64,000 bases of DNA from an uncultured Gemmatimonadales bacterium. GTDB lineage: Bacteria > Gemmatimonadota > Gemmatimonadetes > Gemmatimonadales > GWC2-71-9. How positions within the stretch are numbered: the stretch's first letter is position 1; every line of letters begins with the position of its first letter. Shown piece after piece: positions 22,215-33,114 of this stretch. A model generated the notes under the pieces. That model saw only the letters and a list, made by a program, of their open reading frames with translations, searched no databases and was not told the DNA's origin. A program made the translations under genes and the position numbers. Location of the stretch: assembly GCA_963828735.1 (NCBI GenBank), contig CAWHFW010000002.1, positions 64,001 to 128,000 on the forward strand, given 5' to 3'.

Positions 22215-23134
22215 GCGTCGCCCGCGTGAGGCCCGGTCTGTGGCCGGCGTTCTTCCTCGCGGTCCACCCGGGCGCCCTCCCGGCGCAGGCTCCCGGACCC
22301 ACCATCGAGGTGTCCACGGCTCCCTCGCCACCCTCGCGCGGACGCGTGGTGCTGCTGTATGCACGGCCAACAGGCGGTCCGGACAGCTCGATCACCCTGG
22401 ACGGAACCGCCGCGGGCGAGCCGCTCCACTTCGAGCGGCTCGACGACGGCCGCTTCCGGACGCTGCTCGGCATTCCGCTCGAAGGCGGTGACAGCCTTCC
22501 CATCACCCTTCGACGCTCGACCGGCGCCGCAACCGACACCGTGATCATCGCGCTCGCCGTCACGCAGCCGACGTACGCCCACGAGCGGCTCACGGTCGCG
22601 CCGAGCTACGCCCATCCGGACAGTGCGGCGCAGGCGCGAGTCGAGACCGAGCTGGCGCAGAGCCGCGTCATCTCACGCCGCGCTCACGATACGCCTCGAC
22701 TCTGGTCCGGCCGGTTTCACCGGCCCAGGCCAAGCCGTATCACGAGCGGGTACGGGACCGGGCGCGAGTTCAACGGGTCCGTCACGGGCCGTCACCTCGG
22801 CACCGATTTCGCCGGCGCCGTCGGTGCGCCCGTGCGGGCGCCCGGCCGCGCCGTCGTGGCACTGGTGGCGCGGTTCTATCTCGCGGGGAATGCGGTCTAC
22901 CTGGACCACGGTGGCGGGCTCGTCACCGGCTACTTCCATCTGAGCCGGGTGGACGTCGCCGCCGGTGATACGGTCGCGGTGGGTCAGCTCATCGGGGCGG
23001 TCGGGCAGAGCGGTCGGGCGACGGGCCCGCACCTCCACTGGATCGCGCGATACGGTGCGATCACGGTCGACCCGATGTCGCTCTTCGCTCTGCCGCCGCT
23101 GCCGCCGTTCGGGAAGCGCGAGACGTCGCCCTGA
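22211..23134 (+). CDS. M23 family metallopeptidase
   Basis: ITSGYG, HLGTDF (HxxxD), YLDHGGG, GPHLHW (HxH). Confidence 0.93.
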   Translation: MSVARVRPGLWPAFFLAVHPGALPAQAPGPTIEVSTAPSPPSRGRVVLLYARPTGGPDSSITLDGTAAGEPLHFERLDDGRFRTLLGIPLEGGDSLPITLRRSTGAATDTVIIALAVTQPTYAHERLTVAPSYAHPDSAAQARVETELAQSRVISRRAHDTPRLWSGRFHRPRPSRITSGYGTGREFNGSVTGRHLGTDFAGAVGAPVRAPGRAVVALVARFYLAGNAVYLDHGGGLVTGYFHLSRVDVAAGDTVAVGQLIGAVGQSGRATGPHLHWIARYGAITVDPMSLFALPPLPPFGKRETSP

Positions 23135-23141
23135 ACGCGCA

Positions 23142-23169
23142 GGGGGCATGCGTGACTTCGCATGCCCCC
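23142..23169. terminator. Hairpin between convergent M23 and gatB genes
   Basis: GGGGGCATGCG-TGACTT-CGCATGCCCCC, perfect 11-bp stem, no U tract. Confidence 0.55.
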
Positions 23170-23207
23170 GTAGCCGACCTATCGGGACGGCGCCGAGACG
23201 GCGGTCC

Positions 23208-24629
23208 CTACCCCAGCTTCTCCTGCAGCACCGGCTGCACGCCCTTCGGATCCGCTTTTCCCTTACTGCGCTTCATCACTTGGCCGACGAAGAAGCCCAT
23301 CAGCTTGGTCTCGCCGCCCTTGAATCGCGCGACCTCCGCCGGATGCGCGGCCAGCACCTCGTCCACCCAGCCGGCGAGCGCGCCCTGGTCGCTCACCTGC
23401 ACCAGGCCGAGCTGGTCCGCGACGGCTCTGGGATCCTCGCCGGGCCGCTGGGCCAGCTCGGCGTACACGCGCTTCGCGACCTGGTGGCTCACGACACCCT
23501 CGCGGACGAGCGCCACCAGCGATGCCAGGCGCGCGGCCTCGACCGGAAATCCGCCGGACTCATTGAAGGTCGTCATGACGTCGCCCATGACCCAGTTGGC
23601 GGCGGTCTTCGCGTCGACTCCGGCCGAGACCACCGACTCGAAATACTCCGCGAGGGCGACCTCGCTGGTGAGAACGCGAGCGTCGTAGATCGGCAGCCCG
23701 TAGGCGATCTCGAGCCGCGCCCGGCGCGCGTCGGGCAGCTCCGGCAGCGCCTCGCGTTGCTCGGCGATCCATTCGGTCGCGAGCACCAGGGGCGGAAGAT
23801 CGGGGTCCGGGAAGTAGCGGTAGTCGTGGCTCTCCTCCTTCGACCGCAGCTCGCGGACCTGTCCCGTGCCGGCATTGAAGAGAAGGGTCACCTGGGCGAT
23901 CCGCTCGCCGCGCTCGGCCCGCGCGATCTGTCGCTCGCGCTCCGCCTCGAGCGCGCGCTCGACGTTGGCGAACGAGTTGAGGTTCTTGACCTCCGTCTTG
24001 GTCCCCAGCTTGGGCTCCCCCGGGCGGCGGATCGAGATGTTGGCGTCGACACGGAGGCTGCCCTGCTCCATGCTGCAGTCGCTCACGCCCGCGTAGATCA
24101 GGATCTGCCGGAGGGTGACGAGGTAGGCGCGCGCCTCGGCGGGACTGCGGAGATCGGGCTCGCTCACGATCTCCGCGAGCGGCGTGCCGGCACGGTTCAG
24201 GTCCACGGCGGTCTTTCCGGGGAACCGGTCGTGGATCAGCTTGCCGGCGTCCTCTTCGACGTGGAGACGGGTGATGCCGACGTCGATGCGGCCCCGCTCG
24301 GGCGATTCGAACGTCACCCGGCCGGCCGTCGCGAGCGGCCGGTCGAACTGGCTGATCTGATACCCCTTCGGCAAGTCCGGATAGAAGTAGTTCTTGCGCG
24401 CGAATACGCTGGTCGAGTGCACGCTGCAGCCCAGCGCGATGGCCCCCCGCGTGGCGAGCCGCAGGGCTTCGGCGTTGGGCACGGGCAACGCGCCCGGAAG
24501 TCCGAGGCAGGTTGGGCAGACATTGGTGTTCGGGGGGTCGCCGAACGTCGTGCGGCAGCCGCAGAACATCTTGGTGCGGGTCCGCAGCTGCACGTGCACT
24601 TCGAGCCCGATGACAATTTCCCAGGGCAT
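23208..24629 (-). CDS. gatB: Asp/Glu-tRNA amidotransferase subunit B
   Basis: IGLEVHVQL, RKNYFYPDLPKGYQISQ, EVKNLNS, DYRYFPDPDL. Confidence 0.98.
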   Translation of the reverse strand: MPWEIVIGLEVHVQLRTRTKMFCGCRTTFGDPPNTNVCPTCLGLPGALPVPNAEALRLATRGAIALGCSVHSTSVFARKNYFYPDLPKGYQISQFDRPLATAGRVTFESPERGRIDVGITRLHVEEDAGKLIHDRFPGKTAVDLNRAGTPLAEIVSEPDLRSPAEARAYLVTLRQILIYAGVSDCSMEQGSLRVDANISIRRPGEPKLGTKTEVKNLNSFANVERALEAERERQIARAERGERIAQVTLLFNAGTGQVRELRSKEESHDYRYFPDPDLPPLVLATEWIAEQREALPELPDARRARLEIAYGLPIYDARVLTSEVALAEYFESVVSAGVDAKTAANWVMGDVMTTFNESGGFPVEAARLASLVALVREGVVSHQVAKRVYAELAQRPGEDPRAVADQLGLVQVSDQGALAGWVDEVLAAHPAEVARFKGGETKLMGFFVGQVMKRSKGKADPKGVQPVLQEKLG

Positions 24630-26014
24630 CAGCGCACCTCCGCGTCGGCCGCGATGACGTGCTCGATCGCCGTGGCCGCCGCGAGCATGCGCTCGTCCTC
24701 GAAATACGGCGCGATGAGCTGCGCGCCTACCGGGAGGCCTTCGCTCCGGCCGACCGGGATGCTGAGCGCGGGCAGGCCCGCGAGGCTGATGGCGCAGACG
24801 AAAATGTCGGCGAGGTACATCGATACCGGGTCTTCGGTCTTCTCGCCCGCGCGGAACGCCGGCGTCGGGGTGGTCGGCGTGAGCAACAGGTCGACGCCGC
24901 TCGCGAAGGCCCGCTGGAAATCGTCGGCGATGCGCGCGCGCATGCGCTGCGCCTTTCCATAATAGGCCTCGTAGTACCCCGCGCTCAGCACGTAGGTACC
25001 CACCAGGATCCGGCGCTGCACTTCGGGGCCGAATCCTTCCCCACGCGTGGCCTGATAAAGCGCGCGGATGTCGCCGCCGGGCCCGACTTTTCGCGGGCCG
25101 TACCGGACGCCGTCGTAGCGCGCGAGATTCGCGGCGGCTTCGGCCGGCGCCACGATGTAGTACGTCGGCACCGCGTAGGCCGAGTTGGGGAGCGAGACCT
25201 CCACCAGCTCAGCGCCGAGCTCGCGAATGGCGGTCTTGGTGCGCTCGAGCCCGGCGGCGACGCCCGGGTGAAGGTCCGCGGGGAAGTACTCGCGCGGGAG
25301 CCCGATCCGCATGCCCGCCAGATCCGTGAGCGGCGTGGGGGTGGTCATGGGTGGCCGATCCACCGTGGTGCTGTCGAGCGGATCGTGGCCGCTCATCGCC
25401 GCGAAGACCCGCGCGGCGTCGTCCACGGACCTCCCAAACACCGAGATGCAATCGAGCGAGGAGCCGAACGCCACGAGGCCGAAGCGGCTCACACGGCCGT
25501 AGCTCGGCTTCACGCCGACGACCCCGCAAAAGCTCGCGGGCTGGCGTACCGAGCCACCGGTCTCCGAGCCGAGCGCGGCGGGAACGACGCCGGCGGCCAC
25601 CAGCGCCGCCGAGCCCCCCGACGATCCCCCCGGTACGCGGGTCGGGTCGAGCGGATGCTTGACGCGGCCAAACGCCGAATGCTCCGTCGAGGAGCCCATG
25701 GCAAACTCGTCCATGTTGGCCTTGGCGGCGATCATCGCGCCGGCCGCGCGGAGCCGCCTGACCGCGGTGGCCTCGTAGGGCGAGACGTAGCCCTCGAGGA
25801 TGCGGGAACCGCACGTGGTCGGGGCGTCGGTCGTAACGATGTTGTCCTTGAGCGCGATCGGCATCGCGCGCAGGGCGCCGCCCGGCGCCGCGTCGATGCG
25901 ACGCGCCTCCGCATCGAGCAGCGGCTGCGACCAGTGGAGCGTCGCGTTCAGGCCATCCCGTTCGGCCGCGGCCAGGCGCGCGCCGGTCTCCTTGGCGACG
26001 GCCGCCGCGCTCAC
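24629..26014 (-). CDS. gatA: Asp/Glu-tRNA amidotransferase subunit A
   Basis: KDNI, NMDEFAMGSS, PGGSSGGS, GSETGGSVRQPA, NLARYDGVRYG. Confidence 0.97.
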   Translation of the reverse strand: MSAAAVAKETGARLAAAERDGLNATLHWSQPLLDAEARRIDAAPGGALRAMPIALKDNIVTTDAPTTCGSRILEGYVSPYEATAVRRLRAAGAMIAAKANMDEFAMGSSTEHSAFGRVKHPLDPTRVPGGSSGGSAALVAAGVVPAALGSETGGSVRQPASFCGVVGVKPSYGRVSRFGLVAFGSSLDCISVFGRSVDDAARVFAAMSGHDPLDSTTVDRPPMTTPTPLTDLAGMRIGLPREYFPADLHPGVAAGLERTKTAIRELGAELVEVSLPNSAYAVPTYYIVAPAEAAANLARYDGVRYGPRKVGPGGDIRALYQATRGEGFGPEVQRRILVGTYVLSAGYYEAYYGKAQRMRARIADDFQRAFASGVDLLLTPTTPTPAFRAGEKTEDPVSMYLADIFVCAISLAGLPALSIPVGRSEGLPVGAQLIAPYFEDERMLAAATAIEHVIAADAEVR

Positions 26015-26310
26015 AGGTCCTCCATCGCGCCATGGCGCGGAACGAGGAAGAATCCATCGGCGAACTCCGGCGCGAACTCGGCCGGCGGCCGGGCGAGTGG
26101 GACCGAGCCCGGCACGTCCTCGCGGAGCGCGACCTGCGCCGGACCGGGCACGAACGCCTCGGTCGCGCCGTCGGCGGGAACGCGGTCGAGCTGGGCCACG
26201 TAGTCCACGATGCGGTTGAGCTGGTCCACGAGCCGAGCGAGGTCCGCCTCCTTGACGGCGAGCTCCGCCAGCTTCGCCACGTGCAGGACCTCGTCGCGGC
26301 CGATGCTCAT
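26011..26310 (-). CDS. gatC: Asp/Glu-tRNA amidotransferase subunit C
   Basis: EVLHVAKLAEL, LRED, FFLVPR; coupled to gatA. Confidence 0.93.
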   Translation of the reverse strand: MSIGRDEVLHVAKLAELAVKEADLARLVDQLNRIVDYVAQLDRVPADGATEAFVPGPAQVALREDVPGSVPLARPPAEFAPEFADGFFLVPRHGAMEDL

Positions 26311-28610
26311 GCGCTCTCCCATTCGCGCTCGAGGCCCGCGAAGGCCACGAGCAGTTGCTTGATGCCCACCTCTTCGTCGTCGAACGCGACCGTCACCTTG
26401 AGGTCCCGCCCGGTTCCCGTCAGGCCCTGGATCGTTCCGCTGCCGAAGCGGCGGTGACGGACGCGCTCGCCTTTCACGTAGCGGGGCGTGTCCTGCGAGA
26501 GCTCTTCCGCGGGACGGTCGGTCGAGGACTCGGCCTGGCGAACCGAGAGACGGTCGGTCGGGCCGAGCGAGGCGCGGCCCGGTCTGTCGAATCCCCGGCC
26601 GTCGGACCGTCTGCCCGACCGGCCGCCGGCCCAGTCGGGCGCCCAGAGCGACGTTGTCCGCCGCTCGTCCAGAATACCGGGCGGCAGTGCGCGGAGAAAT
26701 CGGGAAGCCATGCCGGGCCGGAGCTCGCCGCCGCGCCGCCGCGCGCGGGCCCACGTGAGATAGAGCTTGTCCTTGGCCCGGGTGAGTCCGACGTAGCAGA
26801 GCCGGCGCTCCTCCTCGAGGCCGTCGGGCTGCTCCTCCGCGCGCGCGAGCGGAAAGAGCCCGTTCTCGAGCCCGGTGAGCACCACTACCGGCCACTCGAG
26901 GCCCTTGGCGGTGTGCAGCGTCATGAGCGTGACGCCGTCCTCGTTCCCGACGACCGAGTCGGCGGACGAGAGCAGCGCCGCCTCCGCCAGGAAGCGCTCG
27001 AGCGGCGTCCCGTCCGCGTTGTCGCTCACCACCTCGGACCAGTTGGCCGCGCTGGCCACGAGCTCGCGCACGTTCTCCCACCGATCCTCACCTTCGGGTC
27101 CCTCGGCGTGCAGGAGCGCCTCGTAGTCGATGGCCCGGATCACCTGCTCGAGGACGTCGGCCGGCGGGAGTTGCCGCGCGCGCTCGGTCTGGGCGTCGAT
27201 GAACGCGCCGAATGCGCGGAACGCCTCGCGGACATTGGGCCGGAGATCGGTGATGCCCTCCGCCACGCGGGCGGTGGCGAGGAGCGGCTTCCCCCAGTGT
27301 GCGGCCGTCCGCTCGAGCACGGCGAGACTGGTCTCGCCAAGGCCGCGGCGCGGCACGGCGACGGCGCGGAGGAAGGCCTCGTCGTCCGCGGCGTTGGTCA
27401 GCAGGCGGAGGTATGCCAGCAGGTCCTTCACCTCACGCCGCTCGTAGAAGCTGATCGCCCCGATCAAGCGGTACGGAATGCCCGCGCGCCGGAACGCCTC
27501 CTCCAGCGCGCGCGACTGGGAGTTCGTGCGATAGAGCACGGCCATGTCGGCGTAGCCCCAGTCGCCAGCGGCGCTCCGGCGCTCCAGCTCGCGCACAACC
27601 CACTCGGCCTCGTCGCGCTCGTCCGCCGCGGCCAGGATGGTGACCGGCTCCCCGCCCCGCCGGCGCGTGGTGAGCGTCTTCCCGATGCGGCCGCTGTTCT
27701 CCGCGATCACCCCGTTCGCGGCGTCGAGCACCACCTGCGTGGAGCGGTAGTTCTCCTCGAGGCGGACTAGCCGAGCGCCCGGAAAATCCTTGAGGAAGTC
27801 CTGCATGTTGCGCACGTCCGCGCCGCGCCAGCCGTAGATGGACTGGTCGTCATCGCCGACGACGCAGACGTTACCGTGCGCGCCGAGCAGGCGAATGAGC
27901 TCGTACTGCGCCCGGTTGGTGTCCTGGAACTCGTCCACCAGGATGAAATTGAACTTCCCCTGGTAGGCTCGGAGCCGCTCGGGATGCTCCCGGAACAGCG
28001 TGAGCGGGTGCAGGAGCAGATCGTCGAAATCCATCGCGTTCGCCGCCTTGAGCGCCGGGCCCATCGCGGCGTAGACGTCGGCCGACACCTGGGCCAGCCG
28101 ATCGAACTGCGACACGCCGGCGGCAAGCTCGGACGGCGGCATCATCCGGTTCTTGGCCGCGGAGATGAGCGACTGGACCGCGCGCGGAGGAAAGACCTTG
28201 GGGGAATGGCCGCGCTGATCCATGAGGCGCTTGATCAGGCTGAGCCGGTCGTCCTCGTCGTAAATCGTGAACTGCCGCCCGAAGCCGAGCAGCTCGGCCT
28301 CGCGGCGGAGGAGGCGCGCGGAGAGCGAGTGGAAGGTCCCGATCCACAAGCCGGACGGGTCACGGGCGAGCAGCCGTCCGATCCGCTGCTTCATCTCCCC
28401 CGCGGCCTTGTTCGTGAACGTCACCGCGAAGATCCGGTCGGGTGGAACCCCGTGCCGGTCGATCAGGTGCGCGATGCGGGTGGTGAGGACGCGCGTCTTG
28501 CCCGAGCCCGCCCCCGCGAGGACGAGCATGGGGCCGTGGACATGGTCCACCGCCTCCTGCTGTGCGGGGTTGAGCGCGCGCTCCAGCTCGGTTGCGTGGG
28601 TATCGATCAC
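26307..28610 (-). CDS. pcrA: UvrD/PcrA ATP-dependent DNA helicase
   Basis: LAGAGSGKTRVL, VDEFQDTN, GDDDQSIYGWRGA, NYRS, TLHTAKGLEW, EERRLCYVGLTRA; C-terminal Tudor-like domain. Confidence 0.95.
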   Translation of the reverse strand: MIDTHATELERALNPAQQEAVDHVHGPMLVLAGAGSGKTRVLTTRIAHLIDRHGVPPDRIFAVTFTNKAAGEMKQRIGRLLARDPSGLWIGTFHSLSARLLRREAELLGFGRQFTIYDEDDRLSLIKRLMDQRGHSPKVFPPRAVQSLISAAKNRMMPPSELAAGVSQFDRLAQVSADVYAAMGPALKAANAMDFDDLLLHPLTLFREHPERLRAYQGKFNFILVDEFQDTNRAQYELIRLLGAHGNVCVVGDDDQSIYGWRGADVRNMQDFLKDFPGARLVRLEENYRSTQVVLDAANGVIAENSGRIGKTLTTRRRGGEPVTILAAADERDEAEWVVRELERRSAAGDWGYADMAVLYRTNSQSRALEEAFRRAGIPYRLIGAISFYERREVKDLLAYLRLLTNAADDEAFLRAVAVPRRGLGETSLAVLERTAAHWGKPLLATARVAEGITDLRPNVREAFRAFGAFIDAQTERARQLPPADVLEQVIRAIDYEALLHAEGPEGEDRWENVRELVASAANWSEVVSDNADGTPLERFLAEAALLSSADSVVGNEDGVTLMTLHTAKGLEWPVVVLTGLENGLFPLARAEEQPDGLEEERRLCYVGLTRAKDKLYLTWARARRRGGELRPGMASRFLRALPPGILDERRTTSLWAPDWAGGRSGRRSDGRGFDRPGRASLGPTDRLSVRQAESSTDRPAEELSQDTPRYVKGERVRHRRFGSGTIQGLTGTGRDLKVTVAFDDEEVGIKQLLVAFAGLEREWESA

Positions 28611-29770
28611 GCCGAGGGCTCCACCAGCGGAATGCGGATCACGAAGCTTGCTCCCTTGTCGGTCGGCTCCAGGGTCAGGACGCCGCGATGCGCGTCCTCC
28701 ACCACGCGCCGCGCGAGCGCGAGGCCGATGCCCCAGCCGCCGCGCTTGGTGGTGATGCCGGGCTCGAAGAGGGTGCGACGGATGTCGCGCGGGATGCCGG
28801 GGCCGTCGTCGATCACCCGGATCTCGCCCATGCCCTGCTCGGCGCCGACTCGCAGGATAATCGTTCCTGCACGCCCCTGCAGGGCGTCGATCGCGTTCTT
28901 GACCAGCGCTTCCAGCGTCCACTCGAGCAGCACCGCGTCGCCCACTACCATCGGCCCCATCCCGGGGGCTTCCAGCTTGAGCTCGATGGGATTTGCCCGC
29001 TTGGGAAGCCGCGGGCGGAAGTAGAGCGCCACCCGGTCCGCCAGCGCCCCGAGGCCGACGGGCTCGCGCTTCGCGGGATTGCCGATGCGCTCGAAGCGCT
29101 GCGCGACGCGGTCCAGCCGCTCGGCGTCGGCCGCGAGGTGCTCGGCGAGGTCGGCCGGCGGCGCGGGGCGCGAGCGCACGCGCTCGATCCATCCCTGGAG
29201 GCTCGTGAGGGGCGTCCCCATCTGGTGCGCGGCCTCGCGCGCCATCGCGACCCAAAGCCGGTCCCGCTGGGCCGCGATGGCGCTACGATAGGCGAAGATC
29301 GCCACGGCCACCATCACCGCGATGGTGAGGCCCTGGAGGATCGCCAGCGTCGTGAGGTTCCGCTGGGCGGGGAGCGGGCCGTAGTGCACGGTGCCGATCG
29401 CGGCGTCCACGATGGGCGGGTTCCAGCGGTCGAGCCGGGTCGCATATGCCCGCACGCGCGGGTCGTCGAGCGGCGCCTGGAACGGGAGGTTGGCGGCCGC
29501 GGTTACCCGCCCGGTCGTGTCGGTCACCACCAGCGGAAGCCCGAGCGCCCGCACCTGCGCGCCGAGCCGGAGCAGCGCCTCGGCCTCCGCGCCCGGCCGC
29601 GGATCGTTGAGCCCGCCGAACACGCCGGAGTAGAGGCGGCTCGTGGCGGTCGCGTCGGCCCTGAAGTGACGGAGGACGAGGAGCCCCGAGCCGAGGCTCA
29701 AGCCGGCGAGCAGGGCCACGAGCGCGACGGCCATCGAGGGCGCGAGGCGCTGCAGCCGCTCCCTACGCAC
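28607..29770 (-). CDS. Membrane sensor histidine kinase (orphan in this window)
   Basis: Two TM helices, H box AHQMGTPL, N box KNAIDA, DDGPG, GWGIGL; start either 29770 or 29791. Confidence 0.9.
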   Translation of the reverse strand: MRRERLQRLAPSMAVALVALLAGLSLGSGLLVLRHFRADATATSRLYSGVFGGLNDPRPGAEAEALLRLGAQVRALGLPLVVTDTTGRVTAAANLPFQAPLDDPRVRAYATRLDRWNPPIVDAAIGTVHYGPLPAQRNLTTLAILQGLTIAVMVAVAIFAYRSAIAAQRDRLWVAMAREAAHQMGTPLTSLQGWIERVRSRPAPPADLAEHLAADAERLDRVAQRFERIGNPAKREPVGLGALADRVALYFRPRLPKRANPIELKLEAPGMGPMVVGDAVLLEWTLEALVKNAIDALQGRAGTIILRVGAEQGMGEIRVIDDGPGIPRDIRRTLFEPGITTKRGGWGIGLALARRVVEDAHRGVLTLEPTDKGASFVIRIPLVEPSA

Positions 29771-31046
29771 GGGGAACCAGGCGGTCGACACCGAGGTACG
29801 GCACCAGTGCCTCCGGCACCCGCACCGACCCGTCGGCCGCTTGGTTGTTCTCCAGGAGGGCGATGATCGTGCGGGGAAACGCGACGCCCGAGGCGTTGAG
29901 CGTGTGCACGAACTCGGGCTTGGCCTTGGGCTCGGGCCGGAAGCGGATGTTGGCGCGGCGCGCCTGGAAATCGGTGAACGTGCTCGAGCTCGACGCCTCG
30001 AGCCACGTCCCGACGCCGGCGGCCCAGACCTCGAGGTCGAAGGTGCGCGCGCTGCCGAACCCGGTGTCGCCGGCCGCGAGCTCCAGGACGCGGTACGGAA
30101 GGCCGAGGCGCTGAAGCACGGCCTCGGCGTGGCCGGTCAGGCGCTCGTGCTCCGCGGCCGATTCGTCGGGACGGGTGAAGCGTACCAGCTCGACCTTGTC
30201 GAACTGGTGCACCCGGATGAGTCCGCGCGTATCCTTGCCGTGGGCACCGGCCTCGCGGCGGAAGCACGGCGTCCACGCGCAGTAGCCGAGCGGCAGGTTA
30301 CCCGCCTCGAGAATCTCGTCCCGGTGGATGTTGGTCACCGGAACCTCGGCCGTGGGAATGAGGAACAGGTCGTCCGACGGAATACCGTACAGGTCTTCCT
30401 CGAACTTGGGCAGCTGGCCGGTGCCGGTGAGGGTCGCGCGGTTGACGAGGTACGGCGGGGCGACCTCCTCGTACCCGTGCTCGCGGGTGTGGAGGTCGAG
30501 CATGAAGCTCGCGAGCGCGCGGGAAAGACGCGCACCCGCGCCGCGCAGGAGCGGGAACCCGCTGCCAGCGAGCTTGGCCCCGGCCGGGAGGTCCAGGATG
30601 CCGAGCGCGGCGCCCAGCTCCCAATGGGGCCGCGGCGTGAAGTCGAACCGCGGCGGCTCGCCCCAGGTGCGGACGACACGATTCGCCGCGGCGTCCCCGT
30701 CCGGCGTTTCGGCGGCCGGGAAGTTCGGCACGGCGAGCGCCCGCTGGTCGAGGGCGGTCTCCACGTCGCGAAGCCTGGCATCCAACGCCTTGACCTCCTC
30801 CCCCGAGGCCTTGAGCCGGGCCATGAGCTCGTCGGCCGGCTCCTTTGCCCGCTTCCGGCGCGCCACTTCCTCGCTCGCCGCGTTTCGTTCCGCCTTGAGC
30901 GACTCCGCATGCACCAGGAGCTCGCGCCGCTGCCGGTCCAACTCGAGAATGTCGTCGAGCAGCGGGCCGATGGACGGGTCCCGCCGACGGAGCAGCGAGG
31001 CGCGGCTCCCGTCAGGATCCTGGCGCAGACGCTTGAGGTCGATCAC
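29763..31046 (-). CDS. serS: Serine--tRNA ligase
   Basis: [44 protein letters not shown]. Confidence 0.98.
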   Translation of the reverse strand: MIDLKRLRQDPDGSRASLLRRRDPSIGPLLDDILELDRQRRELLVHAESLKAERNAASEEVARRKRAKEPADELMARLKASGEEVKALDARLRDVETALDQRALAVPNFPAAETPDGDAAANRVVRTWGEPPRFDFTPRPHWELGAALGILDLPAGAKLAGSGFPLLRGAGARLSRALASFMLDLHTREHGYEEVAPPYLVNRATLTGTGQLPKFEEDLYGIPSDDLFLIPTAEVPVTNIHRDEILEAGNLPLGYCAWTPCFRREAGAHGKDTRGLIRVHQFDKVELVRFTRPDESAAEHERLTGHAEAVLQRLGLPYRVLELAAGDTGFGSARTFDLEVWAAGVGTWLEASSSSTFTDFQARRANIRFRPEPKAKPEFVHTLNASGVAFPRTIIALLENNQAADGSVRVPEALVPYLGVDRLVPRA

Positions 31047-31051
31047 GACCG

Positions 31052-31613
31052 CTAGTTGGCCGGAAGGCCGGGGAGGAGGTCCCTGTACCCGCAATTCAAG
31101 TCGGACAGCACCTTGAACGTCACGGTGCTGTCCTGGAAGCTGAGGATCTCGAGCTTGCCGTACAGCGGCACGCCGAGGGAGGTGCATACCACGCGCGAGC
31201 GAACGGTGTACCGCTCGCCGACCTGGATGGGAACGGCCGAGTCGGCCGTGTAGCCATTGCTGGGGGCGCGGGTGATGTCATCGAAGGATTCGGCGCCGCA
31301 GCTGGAGCCCGGGATTCGCCGTCGTGCTGGAGAGCCCGAGCGCGGCCCGCGGCACGAAGACGCGCTGGTACGAACCATCGGCGAGGCGCCGCACATTGTA
31401 GGCGAACTCGAAATCCACCGACTGATCGGTGCGAATCGCCCCGACACTGATGTTGAACCCGCTGGCCACGGCGATCGGCGTGCCCTCGAGCGCGCCGAGC
31501 GTCACCGTGTCGACGACGTTCGTCTCGGTGGGGTCGCCCAATGAGGTGGAGTCGTTGCAGGCGATCGCCACACCCAGGGCCAGGAAGCAGAGCGGACGGA
31601 GAAATGGGTGCAT
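31052..31613 (-). CDS. Putative lipoprotein, split by a frameshift near 31297
   Basis: Lipobox-like VAIAC; N-terminal frame (31278..31613) and C-terminal frame ([10 protein letters not shown]...LPAN, stop at 31052) join if one base is removed. Confidence 0.65.
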
Positions 31614-31622
31614 GGAGGGGGA

Positions 31623-31694
31623 AGGTTAAGGCCCGTGCGAAGAGGGGTCAACTGCCACTCTTTTCTTGACTTCGACCGGGACGGTCCCTACGTT
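31623..31694. promoter_or_regulatory. Divergent sigma70-like promoter pair
   Basis: Minus: TTGACC(31651-31646)-N17-TAACCT(31628-31623); plus: TTGACT(31666)-N17-TACGTT(31689). Confidence 0.6.
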
Positions 31695-31729
31695 GCGCAA
31701 CGTTTCCCGCTGCCCCGGAGTTCGACTCC

Positions 31730-32083
31730 ATGATGCCATTGGGAGAGGTGGTCCACAGCCTCGCCGCACGCGACGGCGTCGAGGCCGTGCTGCTCTTGAG
31801 CGGTGACGGCCTGCCGATCGAGCATGCGGCCCGCGCCCAGTTCGATTCGGAGACGGTGGCGGCGCTGGCGGCCACACTCGCCCAGCATGCCAGCCGCCTC
31901 GGCGAAGGCGCGCGTGGGGGCGAGCTCGCCACGGCCGTGCTCGAGTTCAACCGCGGACTGCTGATCCTCGCGCGCGCCGGCGCGGGTGACTGGCTCGCGC
32001 TGGTGGCAGCGGCCGATGCCGACATCGGCCCCCTGCTCTACGACTTGCGCCAGCATCGTTCGGCGCTCGTCCCGCTCCTCTGA
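31730..32083 (+). CDS. Roadblock/LC7 (MglB-like) domain protein
   Basis: GVEAVLLLSGDGLPI, ETVAALAA, VLEFNRG, DIGPLLYDL. Confidence 0.88.
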   Translation: MMPLGEVVHSLAARDGVEAVLLLSGDGLPIEHAARAQFDSETVAALAATLAQHASRLGEGARGGELATAVLEFNRGLLILARAGAGDWLALVAAADADIGPLLYDLRQHRSALVPLL

Positions 32084-33114
32084 TGCGCTGGGCCGTACTT
32101 CTCGCCGGGGGATCGGGCACCCGGTTCTGGCCGCTCAGCACCCCTCAGACTCCGAAGCAGCTTCTTCCCCTCTCCGGCGCCGGCTCCACGGCCGAGGAGG
32201 CGGTCGAGCGTCTCACCGGGCTCATCCCGCGCGAGCGGATCCTCGTCGTCGCGGGAGAGGGCGTGGCCCCTCGGCTCCGCGCGCTGCTCAGCCTCCCCGC
32301 GGAAAACTTCCTGATCGAGCCGCGCGCCGCGTCCACCGCGCCGGCGCTGATCTGGGCCACGTGGGAAGCCCGGCGCCGCGACCCGAACGCCGAGGTGCTC
32401 TCGCTGCATGCCGACTGGGCGGTGGGGGATGCGGCCGCCTTTCGCCGCACGGCCGACGTCGCGCTGACCACGGCGCGGACGCACGAACGGCTGGTCACCG
32501 TCGGGGTCGTTCCGTCGCGGCCGGAGACCGGTTACGGCTACATCGTGCCGGGTGCACCGCTCGACGGTGGGGCGCGAACCGTCGCCCGGTTCTCGGAGAA
32601 GCCGGACGCCGCCACGGCTCTCGACCTGATGGCGGCGGGTGCGCTCTGGAATAGCGGCCTCTTCGCCTGGACCGCTCGGCGGCTCCTGAGCGAGGTCGCG
32701 CGGCACACGCCCGAGGTGGCCTCCGCGCTCCCCCGCCTTGAGACCGGCGACGTGGCCGGCTTCTTCCGGGACGTCACGCCGATCTCGATCGACGTGGGCC
32801 TGCTGGAGCGCAGCGATGCCGTCGCGGTGGTGAGCGGCGCCTTTGCCTGGGACGATGTGGGCACCTGGCAGGCGCTCGCCCGCGTGCGGCCGAAAGACCC
32901 GAGTGGAAACGTCGCTGGTCGGCCGCGGCGTCCTGGAGGAGTCGCACGACTGCATCGTGTGGTCGGAGCGCGATCCCGTGGTCCTGTGCGGCGTTCAGGA
33001 TCTCGTCGTGGTCCAGGCGAACGGCCGCATTCTCGTCATGCCGACCGAGCGCGCGGCCCAGATGAAGCAGCTCCTCGATGCCCTGCCCGCCGACATTCGC
33101 GATATCGGGCATGA
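32083..33114 (+). CDS. manC: Mannose-1-phosphate guanylyltransferase (C-terminal part displaced into another frame)
   Basis: LAGGSGTRFWPLS, PKQ, PETGYGYI, FSEKP, WNSG, WDDVGTW; the expected tail (VVLCGVQDLVVV) is in the +1 frame between ~32914 and ~33109. Confidence 0.88.
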   Translation: MRWAVLLAGGSGTRFWPLSTPQTPKQLLPLSGAGSTAEEAVERLTGLIPRERILVVAGEGVAPRLRALLSLPAENFLIEPRAASTAPALIWATWEARRRDPNAEVLSLHADWAVGDAAAFRRTADVALTTARTHERLVTVGVVPSRPETGYGYIVPGAPLDGGARTVARFSEKPDAATALDLMAAGALWNSGLFAWTARRLLSEVARHTPEVASALPRLETGDVAGFFRDVTPISIDVGLLERSDAVAVVSGAFAWDDVGTWQALARVRPKDPSGNVAGRPRRPGGVARLHRVVGARSRGPVRRSGSRRGPGERPHSRHADRARGPDEAAPRCPARRHSRYRA

